A stretch of 63,816 nucleotides of DNA, the filler included, from Octopus bimaculoides (Eukaryota), in assembly GCF_001194135.2 (NCBI RefSeq). It is 9 parts of 7 records of this genome, joined end to end, with 100 filler letters (N's around TTAATTAATTAA, not from the genome) between each part and the next. Parts side by side here need not be neighbours in the genome. Positions count along the whole stretch, not along the records: positions 45,831 to 56,713 come from NC_068988.1; positions 56,814 to 62,570 come from NC_068986.1; positions 62,671 to 63,816 come from NC_068985.1; 6 more parts are not named here. One strand, 5' to 3'. The notes under the pieces were generated by a model that saw nothing but the letters and a program-made list of their open reading frames with translations, had not been told where the DNA came from and did not search any database. Of this stretch, positions 53,602 through 63,816 are shown one piece after another. A program made the translations under genes and the position numbers. Numbering within the stretch: position 1 is the stretch's first letter; the number at the start of each line of letters is the position of its first letter.

Positions 53602-55590
53602 AATAATTGTGGATGTTACTGTTACTTTTCTACAGTTGAAGGGAGAGGTAAAAAGAAAAGGAGTGGTAAAAGGTGTTAAGCAGTACAGGTATAGTTGAAG
53701 TGGGTAGCACAGCGAGAGAGGGGTTGGATAGAGAGGAAGTTCGGCAAAAAATGAGAGTGAGAGAGACAGTGAGTGGTGAGTGGAAGAGAGGTGGTGTCCG
53801 TTTTTAGGGCTAGGTTAGTATCTTGAAATAAAACTGAATAATGATATACATACATTCATGCATATAAATGCATCAGAAATTTCAATCAACGTTTGTGGAT
53901 AATTTTTATGAACGATCCCGAGCTAGAGCACAATTTCTACTTTCTTTAAAATTGCATTTCCATCTTAATTATTGTCTTACTGAGTATTTTAAGAAGGAAC
54001 AAATTGTTGCTCATCTCATTTATCTATTTCCAAAATTATCCTTTACAGTTATATTTTCATCCAGAGCACTAATATCATTATCCGTTATTGCCTTGTTGTG
54101 TTCAAATGTCAAGAAATATCACAAACTTGTACCGAATTCTACAAACGATTTGTTAATAGGGGTATTAACGAATTCTTCATTTACCTAAAGATTTATATAT
54201 TTTTATTCGTGATATTCTTCTTCCATGTCATCCTCATTGCACTACTAACGTCTATTAATCTCCCTCTTTATTAAGAAGCAAACAAATAAACATTACAAGC
54301 ACTAATTTTCAGTGACATCGGTAGTAATTGCATACAAGTGGTATTAGCGCTGTATGAGGAAAAGTAATTAATAAAATGTTAACAATATCGTAAAAAAGTA
54401 ACTTTTAATTCTCGCAATCTGTGAGTCGATTCATTTCAAGAACAGGCGGATAACATTTTAAAAACTTAAAATAGAAAACAAAAGACGAGCCACTAAGTCA
54501 TTCGGGGAATATTAAGTTGTATTGATACATTAAGCATTCAGGACAGAAAGAACAGAGTTTAAGTTCAGAATATAAAATGAATTGTAATATATAATTAAGT
54601 TAATAGGCGTCTTCTGATGCAGTAATTTGTTTTTCCAAAACATGTAGAATATTGCCAAATTAGAAGTAGAAAATTCAATAAGGAACAAAGATATATAAAA
54701 GAGATATTAATGATTTATTAGCGTGGGAAAGGAAAGAAGTGCTGATGAATAATGAATCAAAGATTTTATTTAGAAAACATGTAAAAGTAAAATCCTATGT
54801 GATTTGTATCTAAAATGCAACATTAACATGAAAAAGAAACAAAGAAAATCATTAGATTAAAATGCAATGAACAAAGATGAATAAAACACTGAAACATACA
54901 TGCTCACAAAATAAAATATTTAAATAAAGAGACATGTAAATCATGAAAAAATGTCATTAACAAACACAAGGAAATCTGCAATATCTGTTCATAAAATAAA
55001 TAAATTGTTTGGGCACGTAAGTAAATAATTAAAGAAAATATGCTTAGAGAGTAAAGAGAAGAATTTAAAAAACAAAACGGCTACAATATATAGAAACGTA
55101 TGAGCAAGTAAATCAAATTGAAGTTATTGTAATTAGGCTATCGTTTAGGATGATCGATCTACCTGCATTGATTCCAATGGAAGAACAACAATCGCAAAAC
55201 ACAATGTTTGTTAACATTGGTATGAGTTACCTTCATGCATACGTGGACATTTACCTCTTCATGACAGCATTCTATAAAATACATATTAAAACCACATGTG
55301 CACTCACATAAGTAGCCATACGCCACACACATAGCACGTAGGTGAAGGTCAGCAAGCATACACCTATAAACGTACAGATCAGTGTACGCACAAATTAATA
55401 TATGTGAGTAGTTTGATGTTTAAGTTTGTGTAGTTCGATGTTTCGGACTGATGAAACCAAGGCTTCCCTCTCAAATTTTTTGACTGTGTGCATGCATGAG
55501 ATAATATTAGCTGTATACATTTGCTACTCGAAAGCATAGATGTTTCTCTGATTTTATTTGTCCTTAAAGAGGTTATGCGCACACTGTACG

Positions 55591-55621
<31 letters not shown>

Positions 55622-55805
55622 ACGCGCACGCACACAACCCACACGCTTATATATATATATGCACATATAGGCATACAGGAATATTATTAAGTACATGTCA
55701 GTTAGTTTAAAATATAACGAATAGGCTTAATCATTACACAGTTTACATTTTATATTTACTAGAAATAGTTTGAAGATTCGCGCGTGCGCTTACACATACT
55801 ACATA

Positions 55806-55820
55806 CATGCGTTTATCCAT

Positions 55821-55856
<36 letters not shown>

Positions 55857-55905
55857 CCATCCATCCATCCATCCATACATACATACATACATACATACAT
55901 ACATA
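55806..55905. repeat. (ATCC)n-(ATAC)n microsatellite
   Basis: Direct reading. Confidence 0.9.
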
Positions 55906-56156
55906 AAGGCATATATACATTCATGCATACATATATATATATATGCGAGCGTGTGTGACGCAGCCTACGTTGTGTCATAGCTAGAAAAAGGAATCTACAA
56001 CACCGGCCTCATCAGCAGCAAAATCAACAATCCCAGCGACCACCCACACCAACAGCAGCCACCTACAGCAGCCACGATGACGTCCAAAATATCAACATCC
56101 GCTAAGCCACCATAGACTCACCGCCACCATCATCAACATAAACATTACAGCTACGA

Positions 56157-56157
<1 letters not shown>

Positions 56158-56187
<30 letters not shown>

Positions 56188-56271
56188 CTTCTTCTTCTTC
56201 TTCTTCTTCTTCTTCTTCTTCTTCTTCTTCTTCTTCTTCTTCTTCTTCTTCTTCTTCTTCTTCTTCTTCTT

Positions 56272-56302
<31 letters not shown>

Positions 56303-56320
56303 TTCTTCTTCTTCTTCTTC
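56158..56320. repeat. (CTT)n tract, 48 uninterrupted units then one interruption
   Basis: Direct reading. Confidence 0.95.
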
Positions 56321-56551
56321 TCAGTTACCAATCACAACCAATCTCTATGTCTGACAACCACTCCTTCATTTCCGTCTTCCACCACCATTCCCTAAGCTTC
56401 AACTCTCTATCAAACATATCTATCGCTATTATTACTACTCCCGCCAGTGTCGAATTTCAACCACTAATTCGAACACCCTCCCGACCTCCACTGCCCTGAA
56501 ATCATCAAGCCCAAATATATGTAAACATAAACCAATTTAGAATACATTGCT

Positions 56552-56713
56552 TGGATCTATTTTAAAACGGGGGTGCCAGTTTTCATTTATGTTTTGTGTA
56601 GTGTTTTTGGTACGGAAAGACTTTCAAACTTCGTATACTTATCTATTTTGTGTTATAGAACAGAAAAATATTTGGCACTATCACGCTATTAGATGTCAGA
56701 AGTGAAAGTAGTC
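56552..56713 (+). repeat. Unclassified repeat sharing its left terminus with 62114
   Basis: Identical 22-mer tggatctattttaaaacggggg at 56552 and 62114, similar for ~20 more bases. Confidence 0.55.
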
Positions 56714-57085
56714 NNNNNNNNNNNNNNNNNNNNNNNNNNNNNNNNNNNNNNNNNNNNTTAATTAATTAANNNNNNNNNNNNNNNNNNNNNNNNNNNNNNN
56801 NNNNNNNNNNNNNGTGTGTGTGTGCGCGTGTGCGCGTGTGTGTGCGTGTGTGTGTCCATATATTTTCGGAGCGCTGTTATTAAAGTTTCATATTTAAACA
56901 TCAAATCTTTGAAAAGTGAGTTCAGAGTTTCAAATATCACGGAAGGCAGACAATAATTCATCTCATCGTTGTTTCCCATTTAAGATTATTTGGGTGGAGG
57001 GGTACACAATGCGGAAAATTTACTGCATTTTTGACTTGGAGAAAAAATACATTTTTTTCTTTTTGTTTAAATGTCCACTACCATA

Positions 57086-57205
57086 GGCGCAGGAGTGGCT
57101 GTGTGGTAAGAAGCTTGCTTCCCAACCACATAGTTCTTCGACTAACACCCTTTAAGGCGGTGCTCCAGCATGGCTGCAGTCCAATGATTGAAACAAGTAA
57201 AAGAA
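57086..57205 (+). mobile_element. SINE family A with large internal deletion
   Basis: Head ggcgcaggagtggctgtgtggtaagaagcttgcttcccaaccacat joined directly to tail ttcgactaa...ggcggtgctccagcatggc...gaaacaagtaaaaga. Confidence 0.85.
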
Positions 57206-57663
57206 TACCGAACAAAAACTATATCAGCCGAGCAAATGACCTCAAAATGCATTAAAAACTCCGTAAGATGTTCAGAGAACACGTTTAAAAAATTATCACC
57301 GTTCTCTTTGACCATGCAAAGACAAACCGGACTAAAATGAGAAAATGAAAGTAAGGTCAACTTGCCTCTTCAAAGTCTCCAGAATTACCGTATTCTAACG
57401 TGTATAAGGAACCCTTTGCATCAAAAATGATGTTAAAAAAAATATTGGAATTTCTTATAATCAACGGAAGAATCCAGTGAAATCCATAAGTATATCCATT
57501 AGTAATCCAGGTGGAATGCTGGTGTGTAGATGAGGAGAGGTGCAGAAATTCCAGACAGAAGTAAATCCGAAGTTAAAACAGGATAAAACTGGTGCACCAT
57601 GATTGACCGCTAGCTCCAAAAGTTTTTTTTTTTCTGTCTCTATCTGTTTATTTCCCCGTGTTC

Positions 57664-57699
57664 CTTTCTGTTGAAGAGCATAGGCTCGAAACGTAAAAG
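57664..57699 (+). ncRNA. Variant minimal hammerhead motif (CUGUUGA core)
   Basis: CTTT-CTGTTGA-A-GAGC atag GCTC-GAA-ACGT-A-AAAG. Confidence 0.6.
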
Positions 57700-57801
57700 A
57701 CTTTCTCGCCTTCCCAAGCGTCAAACTAATACACCTGTTTGTTGCTCATAAACCTGTCTTCGTCTTTTGTTTTCCTGCAAATTTCAATGATAGTATTATT
57801 A

Positions 57802-58053
57802 TTGGGATGGTGCATAATTATTGCGGGGTTTTTTTTAATAAATTTTATTCAACAAAAACAATAACAATATTTAATAAAAACATCTTTAAATGACGGTCTG
57901 ACCGTCTGCCAAGCAAATGAGAAGCAGTAATTGAAGGAGATGGTGAATATGCTCCGGAATAATCATTTAAAGATGTTTTTGTTACATGCTGTTATTGTCT
58001 TTGCTGAATAAAATTTGTTGAAAAAAAGCCGCAATAATCATGCACCAACCCAA
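57802..58053. mobile_element. 252 bp mariner-derived MITE with ~92 bp imperfect inverted arms
   Basis: TA flanks; TIR TTGGG(A/T)TGGTGCAT.ATTATTGCGG resembles Hsmar1/MADE1-type termini; core encodes the transposase C-terminus LPSK*EAVIEGDGEYAPE* (57906-57962). Confidence 0.9.
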
Positions 58054-58399
58054 TATAATCCCCTACAAAACCTTTTTTTCCAAATTTTAAGCCCCACAAA
58101 ATTAGGGGGTTCTTTATAAACGTTAAAATACGGTGCATTTGAAAAAAGACTTTTACGCATAGATATCCATCCTTAGACATCAGAAAGACCAGAAATGCAA
58201 CAAATTTTTTAAATATCGAAGTTAAATGAAAGAGGATCATGCCAAAATGGTACATGATATGAAATGAACGAAGCCCAATTAAATCTAAAACTAAAACCTA
58301 AAGTATTCTCTGTTGCTTCTTCACAATCTGCTGGAGTGACTTGCTTCCCGATATATTTATGCATCATACGGTTAAAGAAAAGAAATTATTAAAATTAAT

Positions 58400-58812
58400 T
58401 GTTACTCGTTTTGCCCCACGTTAGACGCCATTGTTTTTCAATTTTTTAAAAATGAAAATTAGCAAATTAGACATTAGTGTGAGGAAATAAATTGACTTGG
58501 AACCCAACGAGAAAAGAAAAAAGAATTTTGATTGTTAAACGCCAAAACTTATCCAGATATTGTATTAGCAACCTCGATTACAATCAGGTCAAATTTAAAA
58601 AGTTTTTGAAAAATCAATACCGGCCACTGACAGTTTCACACTTTCAAGTTCAACAACAACCATGTTGACCAATTTTTACTTCTAAAGATGATGCAACAGC
58701 ACAAAATGATGATGCAATAGTTACGATGTGATTATTTCAAAGATATAAAAACAAAATAAAAATCAGAAATTACTCATTTTACCCCACTTACCCATTTTGT
58801 CCCGCTCACCTG
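58400..58812. mobile_element. Possible pogo-like DNA transposon remnant
   Basis: Repeated ttac(t/c)c(g/a)ttttg(c/t)ccc-type motifs at ~58401 and 58770-58805; no TSD or paired TIR found. Confidence 0.3.
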
Positions 58813-58860
58813 CTATATTTCAGAAATATTTCAGTTTTATGCTCTATTGATCGAACTTTC

Positions 58861-59196
58861 GAAGGCACATGGCTCAGTGGTTAAAACGTCGAGCTTACGA
58901 TCGTGACGTCGTGAGTTCAAATCCCGGACCGGGCTACATATTGTATTCTTGAGCAAGACACTTTATTTCGCGTTGCTCCAATTCACTCAGCTGTAGAAAT
59001 AAATTGCAACGGCACAGGTGCTAAGCTGTATTGGCCCCTTTGCCATTCCCTTGGATAACACTGGTGGCGTGGAGAGGGGAGGCCGGTATACATGGGCAAC
59101 TGCTGGTCTTCCATAAACAGCCTTGCCCGGGCTTGTGCCTGGGAGGGTAACTTTCTAGGTGCAATCCCAGGGTCAGTCATGACCGAAGGGGGTCTC
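58861..59196 (+). mobile_element. Full-length tRNA-derived SINE family C
   Basis: gaaggcacatggctcagtggtt (A box), gagttcaaatccc (B box), ttcttgagcaagacactt (CORE-like), 3' end gaccgaagggggtctc. Confidence 0.85.
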
Positions 59197-59467
59197 AAAT
59201 CGAACTTTCAGTTCTACAAGATTTAGATACATTTCAAATTTTGCCCGATTCAGAGATTAGAATTCCTAATTAACCTAAAGATGTAAACAAATATAAACAT
59301 GAGATAACAACAGAAAAAGAATTGGTTTCTATCTAGCATCGGATTTGAAACCGTGTACTAACTTTTTTTAAATGCTTTTTTTTTTTTTAAATAAAGAATT
59401 TTAATAACATCAGTGTTTGAAACATAGATATGTCCCTTCATTTTGTCGGAAATATAANNNNNNNNNN

Positions 59468-59776
59468 TCCGTCGCTTTCGACGTCGAGGGTTCCAGTTAA
59501 TCCGATCAACGGAACACCCTGCTCGTGAAATTAACGTGCAAGTGGCTGAGCACTCCACAGACACGTGTACCCTTAACATAGTTCTCGGAGATATTCAGCG
59601 TGACACAGTGTGACAAGGCTGACCTTTTGAATTACAGGCACAACAGAAACAGGAAGTAAGAGTGAGAGAAAGTTGTGGTGAAAGAGTACAGCAGGGTTCG
59701 CCACCATCCCCTGCCGGAGCCTCGTGGAGCTTTAGGTGTTTTCGCTCAATAAGGACTCACAACGCCCGGTCTGGGA
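59468..59776 (-). mobile_element. SINE family D, 5'-truncated copy
   Basis: Highly similar to 36372-36685. Confidence 0.9.
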
Positions 59777-60115
59777 AACAGTGACAGTTAGGACACTTTA
59801 AAAATAATTCTGATGTTAATTTATTGAAATTTAAATGTGAAACAATGAAAGACAATGTAAGTTTCTACCTTTCCTGATATTTGAAACCATGTTCTAACGT
59901 TTTGAAGATGTAATATCTCTATAAAGAATAGTTATAAGTTATCATTGAAATCTCAGCTCCTGCACAATATGTTTGGTTTCATTCCAGGACTTTCAAATAC
60001 TTGCTTTCTATATTAAGTATTAGTCGTAGCAATGTCCACATCTTGGTTGTTGCTTTCACTATATCTCGGCTCCGGCCTTCTTCAAGAATCTTGTGGTTTA
60101 CTTCAGTGCTTTGTT

Positions 60116-60236
60116 TGGGATTGAACTCAGAACCTCTAGCTAATTGCATTAGCTAACACCTTTATCCATATGGGTGTTACTTAAAGTAGTCACCTAGAGG
60201 TTCTGAGTTCAATCCCAGGTAAGTTCAATCCCAAAC
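60116..60236. repeat. Fold-back with perfect 24 bp arms containing a tRNA B-box-like sequence
   Basis: tgggattgaactcagaacctctag (60116-39) / ctagaggttctgagttcaatccca (60194-217); partial duplicate agttcaatcccaaac at 60222-36. Confidence 0.9.
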
Positions 60237-60602
60237 GATCCACTAAGTCTTTCATTTCCTTGTTCTTCATTGTGCTTGTTCCTCACAAACTTATTCATAA
60301 GTGTAAAACGAAAACACCAAGATTTGACCCCACTTTGAAGAGTGGGGTCTGCCAGTTTCTGTATGAATTACAATTATCAGTCAATAGATTCTTCGGGCAT
60401 TCATCCGCCAGAAATAATTACTCGTGAGATAATGAAAACAAAAAACCTTCTGCACGGGTCAAACAAACTGGTAACAGCTGATTTGAGGGGACACTTTTTC
60501 ACAATACTTCTAGTGGAACCATTAAGATCTGGACAAGCTCTCTGCATCGTACCAATGTCCACTTTGTGTGTGTGTGTCATCGTAGATATCAAGGAGTCGA
60601 AC

Positions 60603-60749
60603 CACTAGCGTAGCTAGAGTGTGTGCCGCCCGGGCCGCCCCCGGACCTCGCAAAAAAAAAACTGCCTACAGCAGACCCCAAATTGCCGCCCCTTTAAAAG
60701 TGCCACCCGGGGCGGACCGCTCCTACTGTCTCCGCTAGCTACGCTAGTG
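60603..60749. mobile_element. 147 bp GC-rich MITE, hAT-type by TSD length, nested in a SINE family B head
   Basis: Perfect 15 bp TIR CACTAGCGTAGCTAG; 8 bp TSD AGTCGAAC (60595-602) / AGTCGAGC (60750-57). Confidence 0.9.
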
Positions 60750-61625
60750 AGTCGAGCTGGTGGAATCGTTATCAAGCCGGACTAAATGTTTCGCGATCGA
60801 CTCTTTACGGGTGTGTGTATGTGTATGTGTTTATTGCCGGAATTTTTCACATACACACACTCTCTCGCTTATGTATGTATGGCTTTCAACTGCATCCGGT
60901 AGTTGGGCTCAGCTTCCGCAATTTCGGGTCCAGCTATGCGCTCTTGGTTGGTATCGAAGATCCCTAGCTATTGTCACAGCATCCCTCTAGAAGAGGAGAC
61001 AGTTTGGTGTAAAACGTGCGGCTTCACACGATTTCTGATCATCTCGCTTTGGTCTGTCACTAGGGACTAGTCACAAGGGACTAATCACTCCGAAGCGTTT
61101 ATCACCAGAAGGCATTGAATGACGTACAAATGCTTCTTAATGCTAACCTCATTTGTGATTTCATTTAGTGTAAGTCCTATGGCGCTGGAAGTATGGTGAC
61201 GAGAGCAGACCTCACCAGTTGATCTACAAGACAGAGTAACCAACTGGGAGGTCATGGGCGGAATGTCAGAAATACCATTGACAACAGGGAAACACACATA
61301 TATATATATGCAAGTATATATGTATATATGTACGTGTGTGTGAGCGTATACATATATATGTATGTGTATGTATACAAAGTTATATATAAATATATGTACG
61401 TATGAGCGTTTGTATGTATATACTAACCTACACCGTATATGTGTGTGTGTGAGAGAGAGAGAGAGGGGGAGAGGGGGAGGAGAGGGAGAGGAGATAAGTG
61501 ACACAAGTTGTGTATCTGTAATGTATGTCCGAATACATTTCCTGACAACAGCATGTGTTGTAGCGGAAGTAGATAAGGTACAGGGAAGACACACGTCTAC
61601 TCTAAACACATGTAAATGAGTTTAG

Positions 61626-61685
<60 letters not shown>

Positions 61686-61799
61686 NNNNNNNNNNNNNNN
61701 NNNNNNNNNNNNNNNNNNNNNNNNNNNNNNNNNNNNNNNNNNNNNNNNNNNNNNNCATGGCGAAAAGTTCTGATACATATATGAATATATAAAAAGAAA

Positions 61800-61840
61800 T
61801 ACACTAATCCCTTGCCATATCGCGGTTCACCTATCGACGT
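61800..61840 (+). mobile_element. Possible Tigger/pogo-type left terminus
   Basis: TA|CACTAATCCCTTGCCATATCGCGG resembles CAGTAATCCCTCG..TATCGCG termini; no right TIR seen. Confidence 0.4.
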
Positions 61841-62113
61841 TTATTATTTAAGCTTACGTCGATTCCTCTATAGTGTTGTTTTGCATTTATAAAATAAATA
61901 TATATAAATTATTATTTGTTCCTGCAAAATAGGGGTAGTTTATCCTGTTCAGGCTATATTATTAGCATTATCCTGCGTTTGAGAATTTAAAAAATTACTT
62001 CTTTAACTTTCTAAGACATCTCAACGCTTCTAAAGCAAACTTTGTTTACTTTCATCGTAACTTGAATTTATACAAGTTATACAAATTATAAAAATAATAA
62101 TAACAATAAAATA

Positions 62114-62570
62114 TGGATCTATTTTAAAACGGGGGCCACATTTTTCATTAATGTTTTACGTATTCGAATTTATTTCATGTAAAAAATTGTCTTATTTCGA
62201 TAATTTCAACAAATCACTGACAAGTATTCAGTTGTTTATATTTACTCCTTTGGCTGATTAAGCGATGTAAAGCGTATTTAATCTCCATACCTTCGTCTTA
62301 TTTGCTTTTTTCATTTTAAATTTGCTTTAACCCTAACCCTAACTAAACCCTAACCCCTAACCCTAGGGTTAGGGTTAATTGTTTCAGAATCGTTTGTTTA
62401 TGTAGTCGGCACTTAATGTATATCGGCTGAATGGACGTCAGTGATTGGTTGAAATTACAGAAATACGACAACTTTAACATGGAATAACTTATGGATTTCT
62501 TTTTTTTTTTTAAGAAGACTAAGAGAAAAAGATGTTTTATATGACACATTCTACCAGTGTTCCAAGTTTC
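62114..62570 (+). mobile_element. Unclassified interspersed element carrying telomere-like (CCCTAA)n/(TTAGGG)n repeats at 62328-62377
   Basis: Shared terminus with 56552; internal telomeric-type hexamers; ends at a gap. Confidence 0.5.
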
Positions 62571-62670
62571 NNNNNNNNNNNNNNNNNNNNNNNNNNNNNN
62601 NNNNNNNNNNNNNNTTAATTAATTAANNNNNNNNNNNNNNNNNNNNNNNNNNNNNNNNNNNNNNNNNNNN

Positions 62671-62711
<41 letters not shown>

Positions 62712-62714
62712 AAA

Positions 62715-62915
62715 TTTGCGTGTTTGTGTTTGTTCCCCCACCATCGCTTGAAAACCGATGTTGGTGTGTTTATGGCCATGTAATTTAGCGGTTCGTGAAA
62801 ATAAACTGATAGAATAAGTATCAGGCTTACAAAGAATACGTCCTAGGGTCAATTTGTTCGACTAAAGGCGTTGTTCCAGCATGGCCGCAGTGAAATGACT
62901 GATGCAAATGAAAGA
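62715..62915 (+). mobile_element. SINE family A, 3' half
   Basis: ccaccatcgcttga.aaccgatgttggtgtgttta...gatagaataagta...ttcgactaaaggcg...ccagcatggccgcagt.aaatgactga. Confidence 0.85.
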
Positions 62916-63235
62916 AAAATAATATATATATGTGTGTGTGTATCTTGCTGACATCATAAGAATTTTATAAAGTTTTCAGAGATCGAGAAATTATTCTCAT
63001 ACGGAATAGGGTATCTCGAAGTATACATATAAAGCTATAAAAATAGTATGTAAACACTGTTAGTAGCTCCGAGATATAGTATTCTAAACAAGAATCTTAT
63101 ATGCATATATATATTGGGTTATCCCATAAATGATACGTTTTTTTTTTAATTGCAGGAACGAAGAGTGGGACGGGATAAACTACCTGCATCCACTCGCTGT
63201 TTCTGCCGCCGCCGCCACCACCACTGCTGTGGATG

Positions 63236-63236
63236 G

Positions 63237-63297
<61 letters not shown>

Positions 63298-63394
63298 ACT
63301 GCTACTACTACTACTACTACTACTGCTGTCACTACTACCACTAATACTGCTACTGCTGCTGCTACTACTACTACTACCACCACCACCACTCCTG

Positions 63395-63431
<37 letters not shown>
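63236..63431. repeat. Compound (ACT)n/(GCT)n/(ACC)n trinucleotide repeat
   Basis: Direct reading. Confidence 0.9.
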
Positions 63432-63738
63432 CAACAGCGAAGGGAAAAAAGTATTCATGAAGTCCAGGAAGAGTACTACGGCCATAAAGTAACCCCTAGT
63501 CTTACTAAAAAAGGCTCATCGGTTATGAAAGAAGACATGGATAAAAGAACGTCGTTTCTCCAGGTCATTGAGACAAACTTGAATTCAGATGTAGTTTGAT
63601 GTTCTGAAAACACAACAGAGCTGAAGTTCCAGCTCTCACCTTACAAGCAAACGCCACAGTCAAATCAAAGTTTAAAATACATTTGAGTGTATTGTTTCTA
63701 AATTTTCATCTAAAAATAACTCAAAAATTCCCCCCCGC

Positions 63739-63770
<32 letters not shown>

Positions 63771-63816
63771 TTGTACATTCACAAATGCACACATACACAC
63801 ATCACATTCATTCTTT

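Noticed and set aside
54738-54790. CTGATGA...GAAAACATGTA hammerhead-like motif
   Set aside because: Extra bases before and within GAAA and no stem I; plausible by chance in AT-rich DNA.
11740-58930. tRNA genes at SINE heads (11740-11790, 36680-36744, 58861-58930)
   Set aside because: A and B boxes are present, but there is no complete cloverleaf or acceptor stem and each continues into a SINE body.
60342-61290. Moderately complex ORFs at 60342-60608 and 61085-61609
   Set aside because: No motifs, alternative frames are interrupted by stops, and there is no splice support.
62328-62377. Telomere fusion scar
   Set aside because: Wrong polarity for a fusion and only about eight degenerate units.

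Overview
AT-rich, gap-ridden animal genomic DNA, most likely a coleoid cephalopod such as an octopus (inferred from the SINE repertoire and extreme microsatellite density). I found no intact host protein-coding gene; nearly all listed ORFs are microsatellite or N-run artefacts. The window is a transposon graveyard. It holds the 3' half of a Ty3/Gypsy LTR element (pol remnant, PPT, short LTR), a CR1/L2-group LINE 3' end, an RLE-type LINE fragment, a Penelope-like RT fragment, two maT (DD37D) Tc1/mariner remnants, a mariner MITE, a hAT-type MITE and many tRNA-derived SINEs of at least three modular families. The most interesting signal is a set of seven sequence-divergent but structurally conserved type I hammerhead ribozyme motifs with palindromic stem III (3529, 37447, 42169, 42991, 47905, 52515, 57664). 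Several have unusually long structured stem II inserts, one lies just downstream of the Penelope-like RT, and two sit in the arms of a ~1.4 kb inverted duplication. Eight N44-TTAATTAATTAA-N44 blocks are scaffolding linkers, so adjacency across them is uncertain.
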